Origin: Eledone cirrhosa | Lineage: Eukaryota | Length of the DNA stretch: 64,000 nucleotides | Reading direction: 5' to 3' | Assembly (NCBI GenBank): GCA_964016885.1 | Contig: OZ024741.1 | Span: forward strand, 69,006,001 to 69,070,000 | Shown: in pieces, positions 23,305-37,574 of the stretch | Position numbering within the stretch: the stretch's first letter is position 1 | Layout of the letters: each line of letters begins with the position of its first letter | Position numbers and translations under genes: made by a program | The notes under the pieces: generated by a model | The model's database searches: none | Told to the model about the DNA's origin: nothing | Seen by the model: the letters and a program-made list of their open reading frames with translations, nothing else

Positions 23305-24275
23305 ATTAGACTAGCGATTGATCTGGAGGAGAGATATGGAATAAAGCCTGATATAAATCTCTCGCCCAGAGAAATCGGAAGATCCTATTCAATGTTCAAA
23401 CAAGATTAAAAAATTGACCAATTTACAGAAAAAGTTGTGCATGAATACTTGAGGCGTAAAACACAGACCATAGAGGGGATAAACCACTCAAAAAGCCTGG
23501 CATGGAGTTCCGACAAGTTTATGACATCACACCTTGAGGGATATCTCTATGCAATACAGGAACAAGAACTCCCTACCAAATATCTGCTGCACAAAAGAGG
23601 AGGGCCAGCAGCTGACAATAAATGTAGGCTATGTAAAACAAAGATCGAGGATGTAAGCCACATTGTTGCCAGCTGCGAAAGAATGTCATCTCGCTACTAC
23701 CTCCCCATGAGACACGATGGGATAGCTAGAACCATCTGGAACGCACTTCGGAAAACAAAATTAACAACAAACGAGGAAGAATATATTGAAACAGATGGCA
23801 CTAAGGAATACTGGTGGAACCTGAAAATAAAAACTGCCATCAAATTAAAGCACAACCGGCCTGATATTGTTGTTTGGGACCACACATTGAAAACGTGTTC
23901 TGTTGTGGAGATCAGCTGCCCACTTGATTTAAACGTTGAGAGAAAAATACAGGAGAAGGAGGACATCTACGGACCATTGATGAGGAGTTTACAAATCCAG
24001 TATTCAAGATGCACCTTTAGCTTCATACCCATCATTATTGGAGCTACGGGTTATATACCAACCCGCTTAGACCAAAGTATGACTGAACTTGGATTTGCGG
24101 ACAAAAAGCGCAGCTCCCTAATTCATAGTCTACAAATGGCTGCGATAGCTGGCACCTTCAAAATTTGCAAAACATTCTTGCGATTCAAGGGATGACAATT
24201 TCTTTTCTTTTACAACCTTGCCACCAGGAAGGTGGCCGGTCAAAAAATATACTCGAAATTAAGAGAAAGAGATAT
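23305..24275 (+). mobile_element. 3' fragment of R4-clade element (CCHC plus restriction-like endonuclease), between (CATA)n tracts
   Basis: ORF 23437-24195 contains AIQEQ, CRLC..HIVASC, RHD and HNRPDIVVWD..EISCP..K..Y. Confidence 0.85.
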
Positions 24276-24439
24276 ACATACATACATACATACATACATA
24301 CATACATACATACATACATACATACATACATACATACATACATACATACATACATACATTGTTGTGTAAAAACCGACTCTCTCTCTATTGGGAAATTGGG
24401 AAATTATAAAACCAGAAAAACATACATACATACAGTTAG

Positions 24440-27400
24440 TCAGTCAACGCGATTAGTCGCATATTTTGGTGTGGGAGACTATTCATTAAATTTAAGATGA
24501 ATACTATCTCCGACAGTAATGCCACAACTACCAGTCATGTTGAATAACTGGTTATTCTTCTAACTATATCCACTGAAGACACCTTTTATTCGAATTCGTA
24601 GAGATATCCGACTAAATACATAATTCATTTTACAAAGAATTGCTACAAACAGCATGGCTGAACATAACATCAGTGGAATACCGACGAAAAACGAGAAAGG
24701 TAAAAAAAATGTATTCAGTTGTAGCTACAGAAGAAACCGAAATTGTAAATCGCATTTCTCTTAGAGTTGCGAACTTAATAATGATTTATTTAATTGTTAT
24801 AAAATGGCAAAAAACAATCCCTCCATTGGCTATATGAACAGAATGAAGCTACACTGGGACGAAATACATCCAGAGCTAAATCACTTCACAGCGAAACAAT
24901 TACGCCAACAAGCGACGTTTGTTGAACGTAAAAATAGAATAAATATTATTAATTGTAAGTCCCCCACAACAAACATGGAATCAACAACACGTGCTACAGG
25001 TCGCCATGCTACTAGACTTCCTAGCAGCCAGGTCGAACTGTGCTTTGAAACAACTATGCCTGTAGGAAATGTGACACCACGTGTACCATCTAAGTCTACC
25101 TCGAATGATGGGAAAAACACTATCGATAATAATAATAATCGAAGAAATTTGACACCACGTGTACCATCCGAGTCTACCTCGACTATTGTGAAAAATACTA
25201 TCGATAATGATAATAATCATTGAAAATTTCCCTCAACGAAATCTTCCAGAGAGAAATGAATTCATGTATAAACGTTTCTCTTGCTGAACGTATTAAAACA
25301 ACAATATTTAATAAAAAAAACCAAATGAAATATTACATGTTATTGACGAAATAGGGGATGAATATTTACGACGGATAAAAACCCCAACATTTTGGCAAAT
25401 CAACGCCTGTTTATATGCCTTAGCAACGACAGTGAAGCATTATCTTGGTGATAGCAGAGATATTAACAAGAACAGAACACCACCAAAAATACCATCATAT
25501 ATAACTAAAATAGAAAAAAAGATTGCTGACCTACGAAAAACCATAGGATATGTGACAATGCTCCTTACATGCAAACAAACACAAACCCCTTGTCCTTTCT
25601 GCTCAAGAAATGTGAGGGATACATCATTGGCTCACAGGAGGACAGAAATACGAACCTAACCCTTAATTTCTTTGTGGATGATCTGAAACTCTATGCCAAG
25701 AACATGGATGGGATGAAGAAAAACCTTGACCTGGTTACAACATTCTCAAAGGATATAGGAATGGAGTTTGGCCAAGATAAATGTTCATATATGACTGTAA
25801 AGCGGGGAAAAACAACAACCCAATCTAGCAACATTGTTATCAATGGCCTAACTGTTTCACCGATATCTGATGAGGACTGCTACAGATACCTGGGGATAGA
25901 TAAGAACATATCATATAATGGTATCTGTAATAAGGAGTGCGTAACCAGGGAATACTACAACCGATTAAGAAAGATATGGTCATCGGAACTCTCTGCGCAA
26001 AACAAAACAGTGGCTCACAATGTGTTTTCTGTACCTGTCATAACACCAACGTTTGGAATACTCAATTGGACGATAGACGAAATCCGAGCAATTGATATTA
26101 GAACTCGAAAAATACTAAACAGCACCGGAAACTTCCACATCAACAGTGACATAGACCACCTTTACTTGAAACGTAAGCAGGGAGACAGAGGCCTAACATC
26201 GGTCCAGACAGCATTTGAATGTCGCATCATATCCCTCCGACAACATCTACGAACCTCGAAGCGTATGAGCCCGTTTCTCGAGTAAGTCTATCTGCATGAA
26301 ACAGATAAGATCATGAGAGTTGGGAAGGAACTCCTCGAGAGATATTCCCTGTGTGATAATCAACACTCACACCCAGGGAAGTCGCTCAACAGTATCGCAG
26401 TGAATTCATGAATGAAAAACTGCATGCTTATCAGCAAAAAATCATGCATGGATATGTTGCCAGGAAGCTCCAGAGTGAGAGTAATATAGATAAGGAAAGT
26501 AGTCTATCTTGGACCAACAACCGCTATATTGGCTCCCACTTTGAAGGATATGCTTTTGCAATCCAAGAACAGGAAATCAACACGAAATACCTGATTCACA
26601 AAAGAGATAGGGATGCAGGCAAAACACCTAGATGTGATAACAAGTGCAGACTCTGCAGAATTAACATCGAAGATGTCACCCATGTCATAAGCAGCTGTCC
26701 AAAGTTGTTATCGCGGTACTATCTACCTATGAGGCATGATGTAGTGGCCAAAACACTGAACAATGCAATCCGTAGAAAAGATAGCCTCGATAATAAATAC
26801 ATTAAAAGCTACAGCAATGTGGAAGACATACATATACATAATATGAAAGAGTACTGGTGGAATGTTCCAGTAAACACCACAACAAAATGCAGGCATAACA
26901 GACCAGATATTATGATATGGGACAGAGAAAAGAAGGCATGCACAATAGTGGAAGTTAGCTGCCCAGCAGATGCCAATATAATATCAAAGATTAGCGAAAA
27001 GGGGAATATTTATGCAGAACTGATGAGAAATCTGCAGATACTCCACCCTGATTATACCTTCAGATTTATGCCTGTGATTATTGGGGCACTGGGATATATT
27101 AGTAACTGCCTCAATACAAATCTTGAGAAGCTGGGCTTCACAGGAACAGAAAGAACACAACTAGTTAGGAAATTACAAGTACAATCCATTAATGGAACAG
27201 TAAAAATATGTAAAACATTCCAAAAGTTTTGCATCTAATAACTGCATATACACATGAACAGATACTAAGCATATACACATGCACACATACAACTCAAAAC
27301 ATCCACATCCACACATACAATAACATCCATATCTACACATGCATGCAGACATGCACACATATCTACCTAGTTGATGTTGTGTAAATTCCAATGAGAGAGT

Positions 27401-27475
27401 CTTGTGTCTATGTTAGAAACCGACTCTCTCTCTATTGGCAACATTTGTGAAATTATAAAACCAGAAGAACACACA

Positions 27476-27480
<5 letters not shown>
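24440..27480 (+). mobile_element. Internally deleted R4-clade element (N-terminus, partial RT, restriction-like endonuclease, 3' UTR)
   Basis: N-terminal GYMNRMKLHWDEIHPE..KQLRQQ jumps at ~25585 to NPLSFLL..FFVDDLKLY. ORF 26408-27238 contains CRLC..HVISSC, RHD and HNRPDI..EVSCP. 3'-end stubs at 24360-24435 and 46525-46812. Confidence 0.85.
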
Positions 27481-27516
<36 letters not shown>

Positions 27517-27568
27517 GGCTTTCCTGATGATTTCCTTCGAATGAAACTGTTCTAGTCCTGTAGAATCC
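27517..27568 (+). ncRNA. Hammerhead-like motif (family H-GTA)
   Basis: GGCTTTC-CTGATGA-TTTCCTTCGAAT-GAAAC-TGTTCTAGTCCT-GTA-GAATCC, embedded between (TA)n and (CA)n. Relatives at 50570 and 58298. Confidence 0.55.
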
Positions 27569-27579
27569 ATTTCTATATT

Positions 27580-27709
<130 letters not shown>

Positions 27710-28236
27710 TATATATATTCAGTATATACTCGGTATATAAGGATGCAATTCACTCAAGCACTCGACGTCATATTACTTCTTCAAAACAAGGATGACGGAG
27801 TATATTTAGAATGAGGAAAATGCGAAGTTGTATGTGTTAAAAAGTCTTTTATTAATTGAGCCGTTATACATATTTCCATGACGATAGATATCGTGATTTT
27901 TTCAGACAGCAAAACTAAGTAAAAGATAACGTGTCCGAGGCAATGGGTGGAAGGGAGCGGACAAAAAAAATTGCATTTACCCAAAAATTAGAATTGATTT
28001 ACATCATTGGATGCAACAAACAAAGTCGCAGGTCTTACATCAGAGAGGCCTTCTCCTAGAGAGATGTCTTAATGAAGACTAAGTGTCTCTCACTCTATTG
28101 CTCCCCCCCCCCCCACCTTAAAAAAATTAAAAATTATTGGATGGCCGTTGACTCTCCTGAGTTTCTCCGCCATTTGACGGCTTTTGTTTTTCATTCCTCG
28201 TGGTGCCCAAAATCACATACATACATACATACATAC

Positions 28237-28540
28237 ATTATGGCTGCCCCCTCGTTATCGAGTATGGCCATTGCACGATATAACATTATTAATAATTATT
28301 AATTAATGCTATCGTGCAATGTCTGTGCGTGAAGATATTTTTTAAGTGAGGAAAGACTGTGCACTGAGCCAATCCCACTCTCTGAGCGACAGTAGTTATA
28401 ACCCGAAAAGAAGAAAAGATCAACATCATCGGGAACCACTGAGCCGCAGGTTTTATGTCGGAACTATCCCAGTTTCCTGAGTTGCCTTTTCCTAGACGAA
28501 TGCCCTGACAAAGGTTAGGCGTCCTTCACTCCCAGTGGTT
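28237..28540 (-). mobile_element. Diverged relative of family A (RTE-derived)
   Basis: Shares the ATGGCCATACTCGATAACGAG..GCAGCCA 3' end and the CTAGGAAAAGG..AACTC 5' motif. Confidence 0.65.
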
Positions 28541-28611
28541 TAACTGCGCAATTGGGTATCCAGACCGATTATTTCTATGTCCCTGCGCAAATATATACGT
28601 TTGCATGCAAG

Positions 28612-28734
<123 letters not shown>

Positions 28735-28799
28735 ATGTATATACGTATATACATATTTACACATTTTTGGTGGCCGTTGACTCTTATAGTTCTTCCGCC

Positions 28800-29148
28800 T
28801 ATGCATGCATACATACATACATGATGGCTGCCACCTCGTTATCGAGTATGGCCATTGCATGAGAAAAAAAAACCCATAATAATAACAATAATAATAATAA
28901 TAATAAAAATAATAATACTTTCTTTATTAACCACAAGGGTTTACATAAAGTAGACATTAAGGACAGTACAGGACAGACAATACAGGACGGTACAAATTGG
29001 CATTTCTGCGTGTAAAAACAAAAACAGAGGATGTAACAAAAAAAAATAACAATGAAAAATTCCCCAATAGAGGGGAGACTTCGGAAGGACATTTGTGGAG
29101 AAAGCCCATTAAAAGGAAAATAATAATAACGAAAACAACAACAACAAT

Positions 29149-29207
<59 letters not shown>

Positions 29208-31460
29208 TAAACATATCTACACACACACACACACACACGATAGCAATTAACAGCGCTGCGATCGAATGTGGCTTTTTAGCCCAGCCAATGATCTAAAATG
29301 TCTTGCACAGAGTTGGCAACCAAAACATTCACTGGGAATGCCGGCTGTGGTTGGAGTTCATGTACTTTTCCATGTCGTTTGAGCCCTCCTGCTGATTTAC
29401 ATTCTCTACCACATGCTTGGCAAGCATGATGAGTAGCATCTCCAACAGCAGCTTGGTAGTAAACCACTGGTCTTACTTTATGACTGCGAAGATGACTTTC
29501 GAGTCCAGCTTTGCTTAGGCAGAGTCTCGCACAGACGCTGCATGTCAGCACCATAGGAGGACCTTCGCCGTCTGGAAATGCAACAGCAATGCTTTTCCTC
29601 ACATCCCGCTTTACTTTCTCGTATGCGATTTGAGATGCCTCAGAGGCAACTTTCCCCTCATATACAGTCTTTCTCCATTTATTACGATCAGCAGCAACAT
29701 TTTCCCATGTATCAGAGGAGATGTTAGCGTCTTTCAAAGAGGCTTTCAAGGAATCCTTATACCTCTTTTTTGGTTTATGTGGCGGTCGTTTTCCTTTAAC
29801 TAACTCTCCATAAAAGAGTTGTTTTGGTATTCTAGAATCCTTCATCCTGGCAAGGTGACCACTCCAACGGAGTCGTTGCTTAAGCACAAGAACTTCTATA
29901 CTGTCACACAGAGAGCTTTCCAAAATATTGACATCACTGATGTGGTCCCTCCAGTGAACGCCATGGATCCGTCTGAGACACATCTGATAGAAACGCTCCA
30001 ATTGCTTAAGGTGGTGTCGATATGTGACCCAGGTTTCGCAAGCATAAAGAAGAGAAGAGAGCACACATGCCTTGTACACCTTTACCTTTGTCTTCTTGCA
30101 TATGTCTCGCCGACCCCAGAATCGCCTTTCTAGCTTTCCGAAAGCATCACTTGCTTTCCTAATCCTGAGTGGGATTTCATTATCAATGTTGCTGTATCGA
30201 TTGACAGTGCTTCCCAGGTAGACAAACTGATCAACCACTCCAAGTCGTTTACCATACACATAGATATTTGGTTCACTGTACTGCTTACCAGGGGCAGGTT
30301 GGTACATGACGACGGTTTTCTTGAGACTGACAGTCAATCCTAGGGCAGTGCAAGCATCAGAAAATACATTCAAAATGTGCTGCATATCACTCTCTGTGTG
30401 CGTTATAAGATCGCAATCATCTGCATACAAGAGGTCTCTTATGATTGATGTAAATACTTTTGCTTTTGCAGCAAAGCGCCTGATGTTAAATATGCTGCCT
30501 GAGGTTCGATATCAGATGTAAACACCATGCTCGCAATTCCTGAATACAATATAGAAAACCATTGCAAAGTATATGGCAAACAGGGTCGGTGCTGGAATAT
30601 CCTCCTGTTTCACTCCACTTTTTACTGAGATAGGCTCCGACATTAACCCAAGCCTTCATGTCGTCATGGAAAGATCTAACTAAAGCAAGGAACTTATCAG
30701 GGCAACCAAGTTTCTGGAGAACCTTCCATAATGCATTTCTGTTAACAGTATCGAAAGCTTTTGTCAGATCGACAAAAACCTGATACAGATCCAAATCTTG
30801 TTCCATGCACTTCTCCTGGAGCTGTCTAGCTGAGAAGATCATATCAGTAGTGCCGCGTCCAGCACGAAAACCAGATTGACTTTCAGGAAGAACACAATCT
30901 GCAATGTGTGTCAGCAGACGGTCTAGAAGCACCCTACATAAAACTTTCCCTACGACAGAAAGCAATGATATACCTCTGTAGTTCCCACAATCATTCCTGT
31001 TACCCTTTCCCTTGTACAAGACCACCATTACTGCATCTCTTCAGTCCTCAGGTACGGATTCATTAGCCCATATCCTACCAAACAAAGAGTGAAGATGTTG
31101 CAGAAGTGTCTCACCACCATATTGTAGGAGCTCAGCATGTATGCCATCCATACCTGGAGACCTTCCACTGTTCAGCTTCGAGATAGCCACTGCAACCTCC
31201 ACAAGCGTCGGAGGTTCTGCGAGAGCTACTTTCACAGGATTTTCTGGAATGAGATTGAGGAAGTCGTCATAGAATTCATTGTGAGACACGAAGAAGTTGT
31301 TTGCCATCCTTACTGCGAAACGGTGTCACCAGAGAAGAAGACGGTCCATAAACTTCACGCAAGAGACTGTACAACAGCTTTGTGTTATTGGAATCTGACA
31401 CAGTTTGTATCTCATCAGCTTTCTCACTCTACCACTGATCCTTCATCTGAGAAGTTGATG
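28800..31460 (-). mobile_element. 5'-truncated RTE-clade LINE with an interrupted 3' UTR and (TATG)n tail
   Basis: ORFs 31041-31307 (SPGMDGI), 30486-31028 (NYRGISLL, QSGFR, VDLTKAFD) and 29276-30430 (YADD, LLYACETW, RWSGH, C2H2 fingers). The terminal motif resumes at 28860-28800. Confidence 0.9.
28875..29155 (-). mobile_element. 3' stub of Tx1-like element-2 subfamily inserted in the RTE 3' UTR
   Basis: Reverse complement matches 17485-17730, with AAT repeats on both sides. Confidence 0.85.
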
Positions 31461-31471
31461 TTATTGTTGGG

Positions 31472-31518
<47 letters not shown>

Positions 31519-32107
31519 TTTTTCTTTTTTGTGTTTTTTTTATCGTTTGATGCCGCTGTTGTTGTTGTTGTAAATGTTCATTTCATTTCATTCTGAAGCT
31601 GTTGTTGCTGTAAACATTAGTGCCGGTGTTGTTGTTGTAGATGTTGGGGTTGAAATCTGGTCGTTTGACTGAGTGATATATACACACACACATTCAACAC
31701 AGAGTAGAGTGACTTTAGTCTACAAGAGTAATGACATGTGTAAATGTAAATATGGTGGTAGGGAGAGAGTGTAGGCGTTATTGTGGTGGTGGGGGGGGGG
31801 GGGGGGGCAGTGAGATGTATCTAATTCATTTGTCCGTTTTCTTCTCTTTTGCAAAATTTGAATTTTAGCCATGTTATATTGAGATGTAAGTAAATGTAAA
31901 ATGTAAAATATAAATAAGGATTGCTCTGGCAAAATATACGAAAATATTTGTGTAACTCCCACAAACTTCTGTCATGATATTCTCGAGTCCAGTGAGCAAA
32001 CATTTGTTGTATTTTGATGTTTCAGAATACAAAAATTAATTAAAAACTTACCCCACGAAAAGACAGCGCGTGTTGTCCTATCTATAAGCTCCCTACATAC
32101 ATACATA

Positions 32108-32511
32108 CGAGGGCAATCCCAAAAGTAAGGTCTCCTTCCGATATTGCAACTTCCGATATTGCAACTTTTCCGTTGAAATCCTGTGGATGGTGCTTCGGGA
32201 AACATCAGCAACCAAAATGCAGAGAGCATCCCGAGTGATCCGCCGAACTTTACGCATGTTTTCCTCGGAAGGAGACCTTACTTTTTGGATTGCGCTCGAA
32301 ATAATAACTGCACGAAATTCGCACTTGGCGGTAGTATTCAACGGGAGCTCCATTCTCAAGGGCTGCCAAGCCAAGATTGAGCATCCCAGCGAAGAGCGCG
32401 CATGCTTGTTTGGGAGTGAAGGAAGCACAAATCACAACAGTGTTGCCTACAGCCGTACGAACAGTTTCTCTGCGTCTCCATCTCTTTGGAGACCTTACTT
32501 TTTGGATTACC

Positions 32512-32515
<4 letters not shown>
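32108..32515 (-). mobile_element. Tc1/mariner-derived MITE with an internal extra TIR copy
   Basis: TA target-site duplication. TIRs CGAGGG.AATCC.AAAAGTAAGGTCTCC at both ends and a third copy at 32271-32298. Transposase N-terminal remnant AKCEFRAVI. Confidence 0.85.
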
Positions 32516-32574
<59 letters not shown>

Positions 32575-32629
32575 GCTCATACATACATACATACATACAT
32601 ACTTACATACATACATACATACATACATA

Positions 32630-33239
32630 CATGGTGGCTGCCAACTCGTTTTCGAGTACGGCCACTACTTTATATCCATGCAGGAGAACCCCTACCGATG
32701 CGCTGAACGAGTGTGACTTTTTAGTCCAGCCAGCGACTTGAAAACTCTGGTACAAACATTACACTTGTGACAATTATTGACACATAGTGCTGGGCCCATG
32801 GTACCATGTGACGACAAGTGCAGAGAGATCTCCAGATATAAAGCAATGCCTGTGCCGTGAAGCTTTTATAGTGAGCAAAGGCACTGCATAAAGCCAGCCC
32901 ACTCTCTTAACCAAGATGATATTTACCAAAAAGAAGAACAAGTCAACATCATTGGATACCATCAGGGTTGCAGGTGTTATATCAGAGTTTTCCTTCTCCT
33001 AGAATTCTGCCTTGACAAAGGCTTAGGGGTCATCTCTCCCGGTGATTTTGGATGGCCATTGACTCTTAAGAGCTCCTTTGCCCTTTGACAGGTTTTGTTT
33101 TTAGTCCTGCATGATGTCCAAAGTCACCCTCCTCACCAAGAAACCTTGGTGGGGTTGCCAGTTTAGTCGCCAACGACCCGACCATGAGACAGGTTGTACT
33201 GGGATACATGTTACCAGTAGCACCAACTGGTGACCTGAC
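32630..33239 (-). mobile_element. Full copy of family A non-autonomous RTE derivative
   Basis: Near-identical to 22592-23202, with (CATA)n on both sides. Confidence 0.9.
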
Positions 33240-33798
33240 CATACATACATACATACATACATACATACATACATACATACATACATACATACATACATAC
33301 ATACATACATACATACATACATGCGTACTGAGGTACAAACATTAACAATTTCTATAGGTTTAAGGTTTTGTAACTAAATTATTTTTGACTAGCGAGACTC
33401 GTGGAAATTCCACGGACGAAATAATTAAGAGGAGCTATTTAAGAGACAATCGTCTAGCTGTGTATTACCTCTTCTCTCCTGTTGTCTTAGTCTACCTTTA
33501 AAACGATATGTCTCTGGTCTTCATTCATTTCCTCACGTCTCTGTACACATACACAAATCATTACAGTTGTGTGTGTGTGTGTGTGTGTGCATATGAGCAT
33601 ATGTATACATTTATATGTATGAGTATATAAATATAAACGTGGAAACACAGACACATTCACACAAGTGTCGCTAATCTCGGAACGCTCGTCGCTATAGTGT
33701 TTCACCAGCTCCTTCCTTCCTCAATAATTACATAGATGTGTGTGTGTGTATGTAATAATTATTTTGTATAATGTCTATTAATGAATATGTATGAGTAG

Positions 33799-33965
<167 letters not shown>

Positions 33966-34726
33966 CACTTCTGTTGTCTGTGTATCTGTTCTTGTATTTA
34001 TGTGTAGATGTGTGTGTATGTAACAACAGCGTAACGTATGAACGAATGAACGGAACACACCAAGAATTATAAGATGGTAGCTTATTTACATATATTACGT
34101 GCTTAACGGACTAGTTTTAATTAGCGATGTCACTAACACAGCGTGGTCCAGAATAAATGCATATATGAGCCCATATATAGTATGTTTATTTATAATAAGC
34201 ACACACATATACACAGTCACGTTAGGAATATTTTAAACTGATCATATCACAGCTTCTTCAGCATTCATCTAAGAATGCCGTATACATGTAGTTCAAGGTT
34301 TTTTTATGAATACTCTTGGTGCACTTAGACGAATTTATATATATATATATATATAATGTATAATAAACAATACAATATAATTACCTCATTACCAGAGGTT
34401 TCCCGAATAAGACGATTACAAGAAACGTCCTCATTCGTTCGTCGGACAATGCAATTTAAAACAGTGAAATATTTGAAAAATCTCCTCAAGAAAGGCAAAA
34501 GTTTAACGGGCAAAAAAATATATAAATAAAAGTAATGCAAGAGATATATAAAAATAAAATAAGGAAATATAGTTAGGGTATGTGTATAAATGTGTGTATA
34601 TTCACTCACAAATGTACATACGTGTGTATGTACTATATATATAGTAATAATAATAAATTTGAAGACTAAAATCCAAAGAGGGCTCGATAAGGATAAATAT
34701 ATATCAAATATATAAGAACCGTAGAG

Positions 34727-34798
<72 letters not shown>

Positions 34799-34918
34799 CA
34801 CAGGCATTGCTTCTTCAGGATATGTTACAGGTTCGTGTGGATGGCCGTAGCCTTAACGTGCACCAAACTCTATAATCTTGGAAGCAATGGCAGTATTCTT
34901 AGCAGAGTTTGCAGCCAT

Positions 34919-34971
<53 letters not shown>

Positions 34972-34974
<3 letters not shown>

Positions 34975-35300
34975 AAGGTTGTGAGTTGAATTCTCGGACC
35001 GAGTGATGTGTTGTTTCCTTAAGCAAGACACTTTATTTCACGTTGCTCCAGTTTACTCAGCTTAAAATGAGTACCAGCAATAGCTGGAGGTTTAACCCTG
35101 CGATGGACTGGCGTCCTGTCCAGAGGGTAGTCTTGTACTCTCAGTCGCTTCACGGCCAAATGATCCTTCTGGCTTAAGACAGACTTTAGACTTACGGCCT
35201 GCCCACCCAGCGAGTGGGATGGCGTCATCGTATGGCTAAAACAGCATGTGCTGTGACCAGCGGCGCCGAATGGCGCCCGACAGACTGGCGGTCAAGGTGA
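34972..35300 (+). mobile_element. SINE (second family, CORE-like body)
   Basis: TTG.GTTCCTT.AGCAAGACACTTTATTTCAC.TTGCTCCAGT..ACTCAGCT is also found at 42500 and 51600. Contains AACCCTGCGATGGACTGGCGTCC. Confidence 0.7.
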
Positions 35301-35309
35301 TAATAGAAC

Positions 35310-35467
35310 AAGGACGATTTGTAAGCCTTCGTTACGTTTATTGATTGGTGACGCGCGTTTCGCTATTGATCAGCTCAAGGTTCAATCTGTATCGATCTGG
35401 CTCGACTCTGGAATCAAAATCTCGTCACCAATCAATAAACGCAATGAAGGCATAACAAATCGTCCTT
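35310..35467. repeat. Imperfect inverted repeat
   Basis: AAGGACGATTTG..TTTATTGATTGGTGACG pairs with CGTCACCAATCAATAAA..CAAATCGTCCTT. Confidence 0.75.
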
Positions 35468-35565
35468 ATATTATTATATTACACTCTGTCTAGCTCTACA
35501 CCTCGCCCTTGACGTGAACCTAAACGTCAAGTGCTCACCTGGGTGGACCTACAGTAACTTCGCGT

Positions 35566-35575
35566 TACACTCCCT

Positions 35576-35635
<60 letters not shown>

Positions 35636-35640
35636 AGGGA

Positions 35641-35702
<62 letters not shown>

Positions 35703-35707
35703 AGGGA

Positions 35708-35769
<62 letters not shown>

Positions 35770-35774
35770 AGGGA

Positions 35775-35822
<48 letters not shown>

Positions 35823-35827
35823 TCCCT

Positions 35828-35860
<33 letters not shown>
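35566..35860. repeat. (TA)n array punctuated by TCCAGGGAGTG in both orientations
   Basis: Reverse copies at ~35568 and ~35819, forward copies at ~35633, 35700 and 35767 with a ~67-bp period. Confidence 0.95.
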
Positions 35861-35864
<4 letters not shown>

Positions 35865-36359
35865 TCTAAGTCTTCTACGAAGGATGCATAGGTGGCATCT
35901 TTGAGCGCTTTCCAGAAAGCCTAATGTCATCAGAAATCTGGACAGATTGGGGGGATGTCAAGTTTTGCAGAAAGTTCCAGCCTCCTATCAGTGGATCTCA
36001 AAGTACCCACATCAACCAGGTGGCATTTGAAATCTTACTGCGCAGCAGTGCATGATACGAGAGATAACAAAAAGAGTAAAAAGAACGCGTGATTTTGAAA
36101 TATTTTATGTCATTCCTGTGTGTGATAACGTACTCAATCATGTACCGATCCTTGGATCTAGATGCATCCATGTTCTTTTATGGTTTGCAGGTTGTTGAAA
36201 AAAGCTATTAGTGGTGTTAGGATCAAATTCCTTGCAAAGTGAAAGCAGTCTAAGCCCATTTGAGTTCATAGCTCCAACTCCATAAAACTCAAGAACGTCA
36301 TGCCATGACTAATGATCAATCCTAATTCTAGCATTGAAATCTCCCATCATGATCCAAAA

Positions 36360-36648
36360 GAGTCATGGGCAACCTGCGGCCCGCGAAGCTTTCTGAATAG
36401 CTCGCCTAAGTCACCTAAATGAAAACTTTCTGATCTTTTTGCCCCAACTTTTCAGTCGCTATTTATCTTTCTATCATTTTTACGATCGAGGAAAACAACG
36501 TATACGAATTCTGAAGAAACAAATCACAACAACCTGAGTTACCGCCCTTTTTTTTAATGTGGGCACGAATGTAAATTAGCTCTTGCGGCCCGCCTGATGA
36601 TGAGCCAAATCTCATGCGACCCGTTTCTCGAAAAAGTTGCCATGCCTG
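36360..36648. mobile_element. hAT-type MITE
   Basis: TIRs GAGTCATGGGCAAC and GTTGCCATGCCTG, subterminal TGCGGCCCG motifs, and an 8-bp TSD ATCCAAAA/ATCTAAAA. Confidence 0.8.
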
Positions 36649-36972
36649 ATCTAAAACCTAGCACCATGTTTCCATCAAACATTCCATCCTGCTCTACTCA
36701 AAATCCTGTCATCTGCTCTAAATGCGGATTGATGTGTAAATGACCATTTTAACCTCACAAGAAATGTTTGGAAGATCCAAAACGGAGAAAGCAAGCTTCC
36801 CCAACATCAATGTTTTGTACATGTTATAAAAATCCTTTATATATATATACCAGGTGCGCTTGTCTCTAGGTAGCTGTCTCCACCATTAGAGGGTGTTCTC
36901 CATTGGTAGTTTTTGTTACCTCTTGTTGTTGTTATTTTCTTTTTACACGTTATAAATATACCCAAGTATTGC

Positions 36973-37202
36973 CGTTGTTGTTGTTGTTGTTGTTGTTGTT
37001 CTTCTTCTTCTTCTTCTTCTTCTTCTTCTTCTTCTTCTTCTTCTTCTTCTTCTTCTCTCTTCCTCAGTTTCTCCTCTCCTTCTTTTCCGTTTTATACCCT
37101 CTTTTTCTTATTTCCTTATTTTCTGTTTCGTCTTCTACACCTTATAAGAATCTTCTTTTCTTTTTCTTCTTCTCCTCCTCCACCACCTTTTTTCTTCTTC
37201 TT

Positions 37203-37238
<36 letters not shown>

Positions 37239-37240
37239 TC
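36973..37240. repeat. (GTT)n(CTT)n(CTA)n trinucleotide cluster
   Basis: Seen directly in the sequence. Confidence 0.95.
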
Positions 37241-37574
37241 TTCTCCCTTCTCCTTGCTCTACTTCCCCTCACTCTATCTCCACTCCGCCTCTTCCTCCCT
37301 TTCTCTAACACACTAAATGGTAGTGGTTCGAGTAAAATAAGAGAGGGGTGGCTGGGAACCACAGATGTTCAGGGATCCTTATCCGTTTTACTGTCGTTGT
37401 TGTTGTTGTTGTTGTCGGTGGTGGTAGTGTGGGTGTCAGGTGGTAGCATTTATTGTTGTTGTTGTCGGTGGTGGTAGTGTGGGTATCAGATGGTAGCATT
37501 TGTTGTTGTTGTCGGTGGTTGAGTGGAGGTCTGGTGATGGTATTGTTGTTGGCGGTGGGGAAGGCGGTTGAGTG

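Noticed and set aside
34375-34455. Degenerate hammerhead-like strings (CCGACGA..GAAACCTC..GAGGTA on the minus strand; also 34225-34265, 50226, 62317 and 1322)
   Set aside because: Core substitutions or a missing GAAA or stem I make them indistinguishable from chance or decayed copies.
35566-35860. CRISPR-like regularly spaced repeats (also 48025-48230)
   Set aside because: Spacers are pure TA or absent, orientation is mixed, the context is eukaryotic and there are no cas genes.
35880-36840. Unique-looking sequence that might be coding
   Set aside because: The ORF track lists no long ORF here, the one minus-strand frame I translated has stops, no motif was recognised, and a hAT MITE interrupts it.
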